Of a DNA stretch of 64,000 nucleotides, positions 39,767-51,172 are shown one piece after another; within the stretch, counting starts at the first letter, position 1, and each line of letters opens with the position of its first letter. The notes under the pieces were generated by a model. That model was given only the letters and a program-made list of their open reading frames with translations, had not been told where the DNA came from and did not search any database. Position numbers and translations under genes: made by a program. This stretch comes from Promethearchaeota archaeon (GTDB taxonomy: Archaea; Asgardarchaeota; Heimdallarchaeia; Hodarchaeales; Hodarchaeaceae): positions 128,001 through 192,000 of the forward strand of contig JBHLMN010000006.1 in NCBI GenBank assembly GCA_048938105.1, read 5' to 3'.

Positions 39767-40600
39767 CTAACTTTGCCATGTAATGGAAACAGGATTTCGG
39801 ATGGGAATCTTAGAGTACTCATATACAGGATAACCCATTGATAGGACTGCAAAAACCTTGTACTTTTCTATTGAGATCCCTAACTTTTCTGCTATCTTTG
39901 GTTTTCGGCGAATTGCTTCAACAGCGTAACCAATGTTTACGGTTCCTAATCCGTTCACATGTGCTGCCAACATTAAGTAAGCAACAGCGTATCCAACATT
40001 TAATGACGCTAATGAGTCATCATCAGGTGTATACACCACAATAATCACTGGAGGATCATAAAAAAGAGCATCTCTCCCTTTATCAGCTTCTGTTAGCCAA
40101 TAACTCCACTTTCGAATCCGTCGTAAAGTGACAGTATCTTTTAATTGCGATGATTCAAAGATTTTCAATACATTAGCATAAAAACTTCTCACATTCGCCA
40201 CAAATGAAGCTATGGCTTGATCTTGAAGAATAAGATATTCAACATTCTGTAGATTGCTAGCTGTTGGAGCATATCGTGCTTCAGATATGAGTTGTTCTAT
40301 TAAATCCCTAGGGATCGCCTTTTTTTCAAAATTCCTAATCGATCGTCTTGTTTGAAATACAGTATACAAATCTTGAGGACTGATTCTTTGAGTAGTTGGA
40401 ATCTCTCGAAATTGCGTGGAATCGAGTTTGTCATGTCTAATGGCATTTTCAGGGCAAATGGCTATACAGTGTCCGCATAGAATGCAATATTCTTCAAACT
40501 TAACCCTTACAATGTCTTGGTTCATTTTAAAAATAAGTGAGGGACATGTTTTAACGCAATATCCACATTTAATGCATAATTCTGGTATTATTTCGATCAT
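39767..40600 (-). CDS. Nitroreductase with N-terminal 2x[4Fe-4S] ferredoxin domain
   Basis: CIKCGYCVKTCP, CILCGHCIAICP, RRSIRNF, APTASNLQ. Confidence 0.93.
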   Translation of the reverse strand: MIEIIPELCIKCGYCVKTCPSLIFKMNQDIVRVKFEEYCILCGHCIAICPENAIRHDKLDSTQFREIPTTQRISPQDLYTVFQTRRSIRNFEKKAIPRDLIEQLISEARYAPTASNLQNVEYLILQDQAIASFVANVRSFYANVLKIFESSQLKDTVTLRRIRKWSYWLTEADKGRDALFYDPPVIIVVYTPDDDSLASLNVGYAVAYLMLAAHVNGLGTVNIGYAVEAIRRKPKIAEKLGISIEKYKVFAVLSMGYPVYEYSKIPIRNPVSITWQS

Positions 40601-40792
40601 TTACGTTTTGCCACTCCTAAAGGTTAAATATTTTTATTTTGATCCTAGTTTTTTTTGTTTATAATTTTTCTTTCGAGAGTAAATATTATGGTTTCCAGTT
40701 GATTTTGGCCTAAAATGTACTGAATTGCAAGTTTATCCTAGGAAAATAGCAAAACTCAATGTTTAAAATATAAAATTATAATAATTTTACCA

Positions 40793-43700
40793 GTGTACAA
40801 GATGACTCTTGAACCTCTTTTACAAAGATACGACATCCCAGATGATGTAAAGAGAGAAATTGAATTAACAATTGCTGATCAAAGAAAAACAAAGAGAAGA
40901 TTTCTTAAAACAGAAACAAGACTCCAGTATCTACTGAAATCCAGTCCAGCAATAATATATTCCTGTGAACTTCGGAATGAGTTTCCAACAACTTTTATAA
41001 GCGAAAATGTAAAGAAGATAACTGGCTATGATGTCCAGGACTTTATAAATAATCCGAGTTTTTGGATTAACCATATCCATCCTGATGATAGACAGAAATC
41101 AGTAGAACACTTCAAGGATATAGTACAAAAGGAGCATGTTCGGGAGATCTATCGTTTTCAACATAGAAACGGCTCCTATCTTTGGATGATGGATGAAGCT
41201 TCTCTTATTCGCGATACACAGGGAAAATCCATTGAAATTGTAGGTTATTGGACTGATATCACAAAACAGAAAGAAGCCGAAGATAAATTGCGAAAGAGTG
41301 AAGAAAAATATCGAACTCTTTTCGAAAACATTCCAATTGGCTTATATAGGAACACACCCGGTAATAAATTTCTCGCAGCAAACCAGACATTTGTCAAGCA
41401 GGTTGGATTGTCTTCTTTTGAAGAACTATTATCCATTACTCCTGATCAGCTAGCAACCAGACGAAATTATAACCGAGAACGTTTTCTAAAGGAAATAAAT
41501 ACTAAAGGAAAAGTTCAAGGATTAGAATTTGAATTGAAAAAATCTGATGGAACATCAATATACATCAGGGAAAATGCTAGAGTAGTAAAGGATTCAAAAG
41601 GAGTAATTATATGTTATGAAGGGAGTGTTGAAGATATTACTGATCGTGTTCTTGCCGAGGAAGCATTACGTGAGAGTGAAGAGAAGTATAGAAGTTTAAT
41701 TGATAATCTTTCTGATATTGTTACAGAATTAGATTCAGAGGGAAACTTTACTTTTATTAGCCCTCAAGTTGTTGATATTCTTGGCTATAAACCAGAGGAG
41801 GAAATTGGTAAAAACGGATTTGATTTTATCCATCCCGATGACTTGGGTAAAGCCTTAGAACTCTTTCAAAAAGTATTCACGGGAGAACAAATATATAATT
41901 TTGAATATAGGGCTAAACATAAAAATGGCCATTATATCCCAGTGTCAGTTTCAGGCCGAATAATAGAAAAAGATGACGAATTTAAACTAATTAGCATAAT
42001 TAGAGATATAACAGAGAGGAAAAAGGTAGAAGAAGCTCTAAAAGAGTCAGAAGAAAAATATCGGCTTCTTTTTGAATCGGCTCCTATAAGTATCGGAGTT
42101 TCCACTATTGAAGGAAAACCAATCGCCTTTAACCAAAAAACTTCCGAAATTATGGGATATCCTTCAGATGAACTTCCACAAGTTGATTTAAATGACACTT
42201 ATGTGGATCCAGAAATTCGCAAAATAGCTATTCAGAAATTACTTACATCAGAGACAATTAAAGATTGGGAGGTACAACGTAAAAAAAGTGATGGCTCAGA
42301 ATACTACGTTGTACTTAATGCTCAAATAGTTGAGCAAGGAGGCCAAAAAGTAATCCTTTCCACCATGCAAGACATAACTGAAAATAAACTTTCAAAAGAA
42401 AAGCTCAAAAGAAGTGAAGAAAGATATCGGATGTTGTTTAACGAGTCTCCAATTAGCTTATGGGAGTTAGACGGTTCCGAGGTTAAACATTACATTGACA
42501 ATTTAATTTCAGATGGAATAACAGATCTTCAAGAATACTTTGAGATTCATACAGAAGAAGTTAAAAAATTACTGAAAAAGGTAAAAATACTTGATATTAA
42601 CTCTGCCACATTAAAACTGTATAAAGCGAAGCGGAAGGAAGATCTTCTTCAGGATTTATCAGTTGTCTTCGGAGAAGAATCGTTCCCAGCATTTAAAGAT
42701 ATCATTCTTTCGGAAGGAAAACAAGCATATGAAATTGAAACAGTTAATTATACATTAAAGGGGGATAAGATTCATGTTCTGGTTAGTATGACTATTGTTC
42801 CTGGATACGAACAGTCTTTTGCAAGGTTAATTGTTTCAATAGTAGACATCACACATCGGATCAAAATGGAAATAGCACTCCGAGAAAGTGAGGACAGGCT
42901 GAGAGGATTTATAGACTCTGCTACAGATAGCTTTCTTCTACTTGATTCTGAATTAAATATAGTTGAGGTTAATAATAATTTAACAAAAGAATGGAGTTTT
43001 AATAGAGAAGAAATAATAGGGTTGAATATTTCAGATTTAAGTGAAAGAGCAATATTTAATTCCCCTATAGAGTATATTGAGCGATATACGCAAATATATG
43101 ATATCTTGAAGACAGAAAAAATGTATGATGAGGAGTTTAAAGTTTTACATCCTAAGCGTGGAGAAAGGTACATTTCTGTTAGAGCTTTCAAAGTAGGTAC
43201 AGGATTAGGAATTATTAGTAGAGATATTACTTTGCAGAAACAAGCAGAAGAGCAGCTTCAGAGAGAAAGGGAAAATCTTTATAGAATCTTAAACTCAACT
43301 GATGACCTAATATATATTGTGGACTCCCAGCATGAAATCCAGTTCATTAATGCTGCTGCAGAGAAAGAATTTGGGCCTTTAGGAGGGAAAAAGTGTTACG
43401 ATTATTTTAATAATTTTACTGAGGCATGTTCATGGTGTACAATGGCGAAAGTTATTAGTGGGGAAACAATACGCCGTGAAAAAACCTTACCTAGAAATCA
43501 AAAGACTTATGATATGATAGATACGCCTTTAAGGAATTTAGATGGAAGTATCTCAAGTTTAGCGATCTTTAGGGATATTACTGAGCGAAAACAAATCGAT
43601 GAGTCTCTCAAAGAGAGTGAACATAAGTTTCGAACCTTTATTGAAACGCTCCCTCAACCTGTATGGATCTATCAAGGCTATTATTGTCGTTACGCTAATC

Positions 43701-46546
43701 CAGCAGCAGAACAGATAACAGGTTACTCAATGTACGAACTATCTTCAATGAAGTTCTTGGACTTTCTCCATCCTGATTACAAAAATATGGCAATTGAAGG
43801 AGGTAAAGCTATAGAAACTGGAAGATCTCCGCCAATCACTAGTGCTATTGTGAAAATCATAACTAAAAGTGAGGATGAAAAGTGGTTAGATGCTCGATTA
43901 GAACTCATTGAATTTGAAGGCAAACGAGCAACTCTTATAACCGCCATGGACATTACTGAGAGAAAACAAGCAGAAGAAGCATTATGTGAAAGTGAAACTA
44001 AATATAGAAACCTAGTTGAGCGTGCGCAAGACGGAATTGTAATTGTTCAGGGTGGTAAATTAGGTGATAATATTACATTCCTCAACCAGCGATTTGCTCA
44101 GATGCTTGGATATAAACCTGAAGAACTCCTAAACAAACCATATACACAGGTAGTTCATCCTGATGTTCTTCCTAAAATTATGGAACGTCGTTATGCACGA
44201 TTAGCTGGTCAGGAAGTTCCCCTTATCTATGATTCAAAACTAATAATGAAAGATGGTAGTTCATTAGATGTGGGGCTTAACCTTGGAATGATTCATTATC
44301 AGGGGGAAGAGGCAGTTCTAGCGATTGTCAGAGACATCACTGAACGGAAACAAGCAGAGGAACAGCTACAATATCAAGCTAATCTGTTGAAATTTGTTTC
44401 AGACGCAGTGATTGCAAGTGACCTAGACTTCCGCATCACAAGTTGGAACAAGGCTGCTGAACTCATCTATGGCTGGCAAGAAGAAGAAGTCCTAGGAAAA
44501 AATGTAGGAGAGCTATTGCAGCAGGAATATCCATATGATATAAGAGAAGATGTGATAAAGGATTTCATGAGAGAAGGGGTCTGGCAAGGCGAAGTTATTC
44601 AGAGAAGAAAAGATGGAATGGTTATTAACATCCTTTCATCGGTAGCTTTAGTCAAAGATAGAACTGGAAAGCCAATAGCTGCACTCGCAGTAAATCGAGA
44701 CATTACCAAACGTAAACAGATAGAACAGGCTCTAAAAGAAAATGAGGAGAGGTATCGGTCTTTTATTGAAAATTTTCAAGGTATTGCTTTTAAAGGATAT
44801 GAAGATTATTCCCAGGAGTTTTTCCTTGGGAAAGTTAAAGAGATAACAGGTTATTCAGAGGATGATTTTTTTTCTGGAAAATTAGTTTTCAAGGATTTAA
44901 TCCACCCTGAAGATATACAACGAATAGCGAATGATGTTGTTAAGTTTTATTCTTCCTCTGAAGAATCACATCGAAGAGAATACCGTATTATAGATAGATA
45001 TGGGACGGTGCACTGGCTTCAAGAAGATATTACGAAGTTTATTAGTGAAAAGGAAAATCGAATGGGTGTTTATGGAACAATTCAAGATATTACCAAAAGA
45101 AAGCAAGCAGAAGAAGCTTTAAGAAAGTCAGAAGTAAAATATCGGCTTCTTTTTGAATCTGCGCCAATTGGAATTGGTATTTCCAATCTTAAAGGCCGTG
45201 TGCTTGAAGCTAATCAAAGAATCTTAGAAACAATGGGTTACACTTCGGATGAGATTAAAAATGTATCTCTTAGTGATACTTATGTTAATCCAGAAGATCG
45301 GAGGAAATTAATCAGAATTTTATTGGAGTCTGGATATATAAAAGATTTTGAGGTAAAGCTCAAACGAAAAGATGGAACTCCCTATCACGCCTTGTATAAT
45401 ATTGCTCTGATGGAATTGGAAGATCAAAAAGTTTTCCTTACTACCCTACGTGACCTGACAGAATGGAGGGAGATGGATAAAGCTAAAAGAGATACAGAGG
45501 AAAGATTACGAAAATTTATGGAATCGGCTACCGATGGATTTACTCTTCTTGATTCGGATTTAAACATCATCGATATTAACATAGCAGGTTTGACTGAGCT
45601 GGGGTTACCAAAAGAAAAAGTAATAGGGATGAATCTTCTGGATATTTTTCCCAAATTAAAGGGTACTAAGACGTACAACCAATATATCGAAGTTTTAAAG
45701 ACAGGAAATCCATATTATATCGATGATATTGCTTCTGCTCCTCGCATCAGACAAAAATACTACTCCTTACGAGCTTTCAAGGTAGGGGAAGGGCTTGGAA
45801 TTATTACAACAGACATTACTGATCGTGTGAAAGCAGAAAAGACTAGAGAAGAACTAGAACAGCGACGTGACAGCTTTGTTTGGATGACCAGTCATGAACT
45901 CAGAACGCCTTTGACTGTTCTTACAGGTTATTGCGACTTTTTAGTTGAACATATCGATGATTTAGCCCAAAAACGCATAACGAATATCTTAAATGTTATG
46001 AAAAGTAATTTAGACAGATTAGAACGATTAACTAGCAAAGTAAGCACGATAGGGCAAATTGAACGAGGTGTATTTGAAATAGAAAAAACCTCAATGAATT
46101 TGTGCGACTTTCTTCAAGATACATTAGAGCCTTATCACCAACTGTTAGGAAACCAGTTTGAATTCAAAGGATGCTTAGAGGATCAACCAATAATTGTTGA
46201 AGGGGATCCAAACAGGTTACAACAGGTGATAGATAATATTATAGGTAATGCGATTAAGCAGACAGATAAAGAACACAGGAAAATTAGGGTTATATCAAAA
46301 ATATCCCCATCAGGTATTATCATTGAAGTTTCTGATAACGGTGCAGGGATTGAACCAGATGATTTAGAGGTAATTTTTGAGCAGTTTGTAAGTATTCCAA
46401 CTGAATTCTCTGCGACTGGTACAGGGATCGGATTGTACTTATGTCGGAAAACACTGGAAGCACACAACGGAAGAATCACCGCCCAAAGTAAAGGGCCTGG
46501 GCATGGAGCAACCTTCATCATTGAGCTCCCAAGGAAAAAACTTTGA
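40793..46546 (+). CDS. Cytoplasmic sensor histidine kinase with 13 PAS domains
   Basis: 13 PAS/PAC units ending DIT/DLT; SHELRTPL, NAIK, DNGAGI, GTGIGL. Confidence 0.95.
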   Translation: MYKMTLEPLLQRYDIPDDVKREIELTIADQRKTKRRFLKTETRLQYLLKSSPAIIYSCELRNEFPTTFISENVKKITGYDVQDFINNPSFWINHIHPDDRQKSVEHFKDIVQKEHVREIYRFQHRNGSYLWMMDEASLIRDTQGKSIEIVGYWTDITKQKEAEDKLRKSEEKYRTLFENIPIGLYRNTPGNKFLAANQTFVKQVGLSSFEELLSITPDQLATRRNYNRERFLKEINTKGKVQGLEFELKKSDGTSIYIRENARVVKDSKGVIICYEGSVEDITDRVLAEEALRESEEKYRSLIDNLSDIVTELDSEGNFTFISPQVVDILGYKPEEEIGKNGFDFIHPDDLGKALELFQKVFTGEQIYNFEYRAKHKNGHYIPVSVSGRIIEKDDEFKLISIIRDITERKKVEEALKESEEKYRLLFESAPISIGVSTIEGKPIAFNQKTSEIMGYPSDELPQVDLNDTYVDPEIRKIAIQKLLTSETIKDWEVQRKKSDGSEYYVVLNAQIVEQGGQKVILSTMQDITENKLSKEKLKRSEERYRMLFNESPISLWELDGSEVKHYIDNLISDGITDLQEYFEIHTEEVKKLLKKVKILDINSATLKLYKAKRKEDLLQDLSVVFGEESFPAFKDIILSEGKQAYEIETVNYTLKGDKIHVLVSMTIVPGYEQSFARLIVSIVDITHRIKMEIALRESEDRLRGFIDSATDSFLLLDSELNIVEVNNNLTKEWSFNREEIIGLNISDLSERAIFNSPIEYIERYTQIYDILKTEKMYDEEFKVLHPKRGERYISVRAFKVGTGLGIISRDITLQKQAEEQLQRERENLYRILNSTDDLIYIVDSQHEIQFINAAAEKEFGPLGGKKCYDYFNNFTEACSWCTMAKVISGETIRREKTLPRNQKTYDMIDTPLRNLDGSISSLAIFRDITERKQIDESLKESEHKFRTFIETLPQPVWIYQGYYCRYANPAAEQITGYSMYELSSMKFLDFLHPDYKNMAIEGGKAIETGRSPPITSAIVKIITKSEDEKWLDARLELIEFEGKRATLITAMDITERKQAEEALCESETKYRNLVERAQDGIVIVQGGKLGDNITFLNQRFAQMLGYKPEELLNKPYTQVVHPDVLPKIMERRYARLAGQEVPLIYDSKLIMKDGSSLDVGLNLGMIHYQGEEAVLAIVRDITERKQAEEQLQYQANLLKFVSDAVIASDLDFRITSWNKAAELIYGWQEEEVLGKNVGELLQQEYPYDIREDVIKDFMREGVWQGEVIQRRKDGMVINILSSVALVKDRTGKPIAALAVNRDITKRKQIEQALKENEERYRSFIENFQGIAFKGYEDYSQEFFLGKVKEITGYSEDDFFSGKLVFKDLIHPEDIQRIANDVVKFYSSSEESHRREYRIIDRYGTVHWLQEDITKFISEKENRMGVYGTIQDITKRKQAEEALRKSEVKYRLLFESAPIGIGISNLKGRVLEANQRILETMGYTSDEIKNVSLSDTYVNPEDRRKLIRILLESGYIKDFEVKLKRKDGTPYHALYNIALMELEDQKVFLTTLRDLTEWREMDKAKRDTEERLRKFMESATDGFTLLDSDLNIIDINIAGLTELGLPKEKVIGMNLLDIFPKLKGTKTYNQYIEVLKTGNPYYIDDIASAPRIRQKYYSLRAFKVGEGLGIITTDITDRVKAEKTREELEQRRDSFVWMTSHELRTPLTVLTGYCDFLVEHIDDLAQKRITNILNVMKSNLDRLERLTSKVSTIGQIERGVFEIEKTSMNLCDFLQDTLEPYHQLLGNQFEFKGCLEDQPIIVEGDPNRLQQVIDNIIGNAIKQTDKEHRKIRVISKISPSGIIIEVSDNGAGIEPDDLEVIFEQFVSIPTEFSATGTGIGLYLCRKTLEAHNGRITAQSKGPGHGATFIIELPRKKL

Positions 46547-46994
46547 ACCAGAAGGATACTTCTAGAGTTCTCTTTCTATCATAGATTCAAGGATTTTCTT
46601 GAGATTTAGGTGTTCCTTTCTGATTATGAAAATATAAAATTCATTTTCAACGATCACTCCCTCTCTAATGTTTTAAATTACCAAAGGAAATAGCAATCTC
46701 TAAAGCTATAATAAGTTCATCTCTAATGATTAATTGATAATTACCATAATAAAGCTATGCTAACACACGAGTCTCTTTCTTATTTTTCTGATTTTTCTTA
46801 TTAATCTTATCTCTTCCTAAAAATTTACAAAAAAAGTAAAGAGGATAGTAAAAAAGCGTCTACCAAGATGACAAACAGCCACTAATACTTGGAAATTAGT
46901 CTCCTTAACGTTTAAAGTATCCCAATATATTTCTAGAGCAAGTGATGCAATAATACGAAAGTGAAGTAACTTATCCGACAAAAATGTGAAATAA

Positions 46995-48266
46995 ATGTCT
47001 AATACAAACACAAACTTCTCTGCGCTTTTCGCTAACTTCAAATCAGTTTTTAGAGAAGAAAAAGTGTTCTCAGCTAATTATATTCCTAATCATCTTTGGC
47101 ATCGAGAGGAGGAGATGAAGAGCCTAGTTAACTATTTCAGGTCAATAATAACGGACCCTATCTCATCCTCCCGTAAAGTTGTTTTATACGGCCCAATAGG
47201 TACTGGAAAGACAGTTGTTTCCAGAGCTTTCGGGAAAGATCTCACCAAACATCTTAGAAAAAGACATAAACGAGGGGATCCCGTTTTCTGGTTTTTTCAC
47301 GTTAATTGTCGCAAAACCAAGACTCCTCACCTCATTCTAACTACGATCCTGAGAGAACTGGTTCCAGGTTTTCCTTTGCGCGGGTATAGTGTTGATGAAC
47401 TTCTCCGAATGTTCTCTTTACTATTACACGAACAAAATTTAGTGTCATTACTTGTTTTAGATGAGATCGATTATCTACTTCCTGATAATAGGACTGATTT
47501 TCTTTATGCATTGTCTCGTATCGAGGAGGGTGACCCTAAAATCCGAGAAGACCATTTTTCGAATTTTCCAGGTAATCAAACTGAATCTCGTTTCAATTTA
47601 TTATGCTGTACTCGTGACAAGAATTTTCGCTACCATCTTGACTCCTCTACCGCCTCCTCCCTTGGTAGAAACTTCATTACATTCCCTCCTTATACACGAA
47701 ATCAGCTTTTTGACATTGTGAGCTCCCGTGCAGAACTGGGACTCTGTAAAAAGAGTTTTGATGATGAACTAATTGAATCAATTGCTGGTCTGGCGGAAGA
47801 ATCTGGGGATGCTCGATTCGTAATTGAATTGTTATGGCGAGCTGCTAAACTTGCTGACCGAGAAAAGAACGAACAAATCACAGTTGAGCATGTACGCAAA
47901 GCAATTGTTTCTGTACTTCCTATTGAGAAATCAATTGTTGATGATTTAAGTACCCATCAAAAATTGCTCCTCTTAAGCATTGCCAAGCTCCTTATTAATA
48001 ATAAGTCATTTGTAACTACCCCAGAGGTAAAGAATGCTTATGTGAGTATTTGTGAGGAAGCAGGAGTACGCCCTCGTCGTCAAACTCAAATTTGGGCTTA
48101 TTTGAAAGATTTAACTAGACTAGGCCTCATTCAACAAGAAGTAAAGAACCGTCATAAGAATGGACGGTCGGAAGGGAGGATTACGACTATACAAGTCCGT
48201 GATATCCCCGTAATAGATATCATTCAGTCCTTAGGCCATTTAATTGAGGATTCTTCACAATCCTAG
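46995..48266 (+). CDS. cdc6: Orc1/Cdc6 replication initiator
   Basis: YIPNHLWHREEE, GPIGTGKT, LVLDEID, GDAR, C-terminal wHTH. Confidence 0.93.
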   Translation: MSNTNTNFSALFANFKSVFREEKVFSANYIPNHLWHREEEMKSLVNYFRSIITDPISSSRKVVLYGPIGTGKTVVSRAFGKDLTKHLRKRHKRGDPVFWFFHVNCRKTKTPHLILTTILRELVPGFPLRGYSVDELLRMFSLLLHEQNLVSLLVLDEIDYLLPDNRTDFLYALSRIEEGDPKIREDHFSNFPGNQTESRFNLLCCTRDKNFRYHLDSSTASSLGRNFITFPPYTRNQLFDIVSSRAELGLCKKSFDDELIESIAGLAEESGDARFVIELLWRAAKLADREKNEQITVEHVRKAIVSVLPIEKSIVDDLSTHQKLLLLSIAKLLINNKSFVTTPEVKNAYVSICEEAGVRPRRQTQIWAYLKDLTRLGLIQQEVKNRHKNGRSEGRITTIQVRDIPVIDIIQSLGHLIEDSSQS

Positions 48267-49283
48267 GCCAAGAAAAAGCCAATTTACGCCAAACCATATT
48301 ACTCCTCCAAGTATAGCAGCGACTGGTACAGTAACTATCCATGATATAACTATCGTTTTTACCATTTTTCTTTGAATAGGTGACCTTTCTGCCCAACCAA
48401 CGGCAATCATGGCTGCTATTAAAACATGAGTTCCACTTAAAGGGAATCCTAGAAGCGTCCCTAATGTCATAATAAGTGTAACCGAAATCATTGAAGAAAG
48501 TCCAGAACTTGGAGTCATCTCAACAAGTTCTTTTGCTACAACCCGAATTACTATTTTTCCTATTATTATTAGGCCTAACGCCATGCCAAGGCCGCCTATC
48601 AGCATCATTACCCACATGTTTGTTGTTATAGTTTCACTTTCAAGTATTGTTAAACCTAAAACTGGTGCAATAGAGTTTGCAACGTCATTTCCGGCCCTAG
48701 ATGCAGAACTAATAATCAAGAATAGGCTTAAAGCATAAATGTATGCCTGATCTTTTTTCTGTTTACCTGTGAATCCTTCAACAGACTCATCAAGACGTTG
48801 TATCCAAAAATGGACTGTAGCTGCAACGGCAAACCCAATTAAGGGAGAGAGAATCCATCCCAGAAAGATCAAGAGGAGTACCCAATAATCGACTGCATTT
48901 ATTCCCCATTCGGAATAAGTAAAACCTGCCGTAATAGCGACTCCTATAATTGCACCAACGACTATTTGAGTAGTTGATATCGGTAAGGGGATGATTGTCA
49001 CATGTCCCACAAGTATGATTATCATAACCAGCAATACAGTAATGACCATAGCATTCGTCAATGTATTACCTTTTATCAAATCTTCCCCTAAAGTTTTCAC
49101 CACAGCTTCTCCTAAAAATACACCTAAAACCGAAAAAATAGCCCCTAAAATCACAGCAGTTCGCAAAGAAAATGCCCCTGCTGCTACTCCTGGTGCCATC
49201 ATCTCATCATTACTACCTGCAGCAAATGCAACTGCAAAAGCCATTAATACTGCAAATATAAGAATGATTATCTCGAAAGACAA
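48255..49283 (-). CDS. pit: PiT-family inorganic phosphate transporter
   Basis: GSND, PISTTQ, AGNDVANSIAP, PLSGTH. Confidence 0.92.
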   Translation of the reverse strand: MSFEIIILIFAVLMAFAVAFAAGSNDEMMAPGVAAGAFSLRTAVILGAIFSVLGVFLGEAVVKTLGEDLIKGNTLTNAMVITVLLVMIIILVGHVTIIPLPISTTQIVVGAIIGVAITAGFTYSEWGINAVDYWVLLLIFLGWILSPLIGFAVAATVHFWIQRLDESVEGFTGKQKKDQAYIYALSLFLIISSASRAGNDVANSIAPVLGLTILESETITTNMWVMMLIGGLGMALGLIIIGKIVIRVVAKELVEMTPSSGLSSMISVTLIMTLGTLLGFPLSGTHVLIAAMIAVGWAERSPIQRKMVKTIVISWIVTVPVAAILGGVIWFGVNWLFLGLGL

Positions 49284-49338
49284 TGAATTTTAAACTCCTA
49301 TTAGTTTAAACCTTTTTAAAACAAAGATTAATTCAATT

Positions 49339-50025
49339 TTAACCATATTTCACCGTCATAGTTTGAATATAGTCTGCAGTCTGTTCTGCTGCCTCAGCGA
49401 CTTTAACCATACTTACTGAAATGGTGTACAAATACGCTGAGTCTTTAGGAGTATAATCAGGAGAATGTAATCGCCCAAAAATATGAAAGTCAAGGTCTCG
49501 TGCTTCCTCACGCATAGTTTCAACTTTATTTGCATAGTTTCGGGCTTTATCATAATCTTCATCCAAATACTTAAGAGCATCTTGAAGATAATCGGTGCAA
49601 TGATGTACTTTTTCTGCTAGAATTGGCATTTCATGTGGAATTCGTTTAGGAAAATCCTGTTTTGAAACCAAACGTCGAATAACTACTTCAGTTCGATTAA
49701 CTATAGTATCCATATAGCGGACTAGACGATGACGATCTTCAGTTGCCTGTGGGAGATAAGCACCTTTAGAAAAGATACTGTTAATTAGCTCTGCTTTAAT
49801 ATCGTCACAACGTCTTTCAGCTTCTATTATTTCATCTTTTAATTGGAGAATTTTAAGTCGAGCCTCAGCATCTTCTTCATGATTGGACCATATAATTATA
49901 GCTGTGCATAGCTTAGCAGAGGCGACTTGAAGTTCTTTTGCTAGGTTGTCAAATAGCTCTTCTCCTCGTTTCCAAAGTTTTTTATCTCTTCTGAACAACA
50001 TTATGCTTACCTTCTGACATTTCAA
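49339..50025 (-). CDS. DUF47/PhoU-like phosphate transport regulator
   Basis: EAERRCDDIK, ATEDRHRL; upstream of pit. Confidence 0.88.
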   Translation of the reverse strand: MKCQKVSIMLFRRDKKLWKRGEELFDNLAKELQVASAKLCTAIIIWSNHEEDAEARLKILQLKDEIIEAERRCDDIKAELINSIFSKGAYLPQATEDRHRLVRYMDTIVNRTEVVIRRLVSKQDFPKRIPHEMPILAEKVHHCTDYLQDALKYLDEDYDKARNYANKVETMREEARDLDFHIFGRLHSPDYTPKDSAYLYTISVSMVKVAEAAEQTADYIQTMTVKYG

Positions 50026-50194
50026 GGATTTAAAATGTCTTTATTAATTTAGACACTCCTTTTTACTTTATAATGTAAAACAAAAGATCTTTTTCTCTAA
50101 TTGCATTTGGTTCCGTCAATAAAAGATTTATAATATTATTTAGGGGGAATCATAATTCAGATGAACCGACTTAATTTGGAGGTCGTATTTTCAA

Positions 50195-51172
50195 TTGGAG
50201 AAAGATAAAGAATTTTTTATCAGAAATTTAACAATTGATGATGAATATGACATTATTACTGCTGATTCAACAGTCAAAGATGCTGCTCTGAAAATGAAAG
50301 AGCTTGGTATCCCTGATTTAGTTGTTGTTGATAATGATAATAATGTATTAGGGGTGATTGCAGATTTCGACATCGTAACGGGACTTGTAGCTGAAGGTTT
50401 ATCTGCTGAAGCTGCTAAAGTAACTGAAATCATGTATACTATTGACCCAGTACACAAAGACACACCTGTATCAACTGCTTTCACTCGAATGCGTGATTTA
50501 GATGTATCGGTTGTTCCAGTTGTTGAAAACGAAAAATTGATTGGAGTCGCAACCATCACGGACTGCTGGGGTTTTTTACCAGAAAAATATGAAGACCAAA
50601 AGGGATTAATCGCAATTAATAATCCCCGATTCGCGAATTATAGCTTTACACTTCTGATGACCTTATTTTACTTTTGTTTTGGGATTTTAGCGCCATTAGT
50701 TGGCATTACAGGGTTCTTAAAAGCACCAGTTATGGGTTACACTGATGAGATAGCAACATATTATCTATTTGAGGCCCGAGGAGGAGGAGGTTTTTGGTTA
50801 CGCTATATTGATGTGCAAGGCGACTATAACCTATTATGGATTGGGGTATTTTTTTACGGGATTTTATTTCTAATCTTTGGTATTATCAGTGCTTTTGCCA
50901 TCTTTCAATGGGCGAATGCTGATTACAATCAGATAAAATTAACTAGAAATTGGCAGATAATTGGACTTGTTGTAGGTACCATAAATTTACTATTAGAATG
51001 GATTTTATTTCTGATCATATCATTAGTTGGTGCTTTACGGGTTTCAGGTGCCGTCAATTTTGATCTCATTGGCCTTGGAGTATCTGGATTAGCTATAATT
51101 TTTCTTATTGCTGCAGTCTCTAGGGATATTCTCTTCCGTGAGAGTATGATATCCACTTCCAAGGAGGAATGA
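50195..51172 (+). CDS. CBS-pair protein with C-terminal 4-TM domain
   Basis: Two CBS repeats (LVVVD...LGVI; VPVVE...LIGV) followed by four TM helices. Confidence 0.88.
   Translation: MEKDKEFFIRNLTIDDEYDIITADSTVKDAALKMKELGIPDLVVVDNDNNVLGVIADFDIVTGLVAEGLSAEAAKVTEIMYTIDPVHKDTPVSTAFTRMRDLDVSVVPVVENEKLIGVATITDCWGFLPEKYEDQKGLIAINNPRFANYSFTLLMTLFYFCFGILAPLVGITGFLKAPVMGYTDEIATYYLFEARGGGGFWLRYIDVQGDYNLLWIGVFFYGILFLIFGIISAFAIFQWANADYNQIKLTRNWQIIGLVVGTINLLLEWILFLIISLVGALRVSGAVNFDLIGLGVSGLAIIFLIAAVSRDILFRESMISTSKEE

Noticed and set aside
46547-46994. Replication origin next to cdc6
   Set aside because: AT-rich, but I found no repeated ORB-like TCCA..GAAA/G-string elements; cannot be supported from sequence alone
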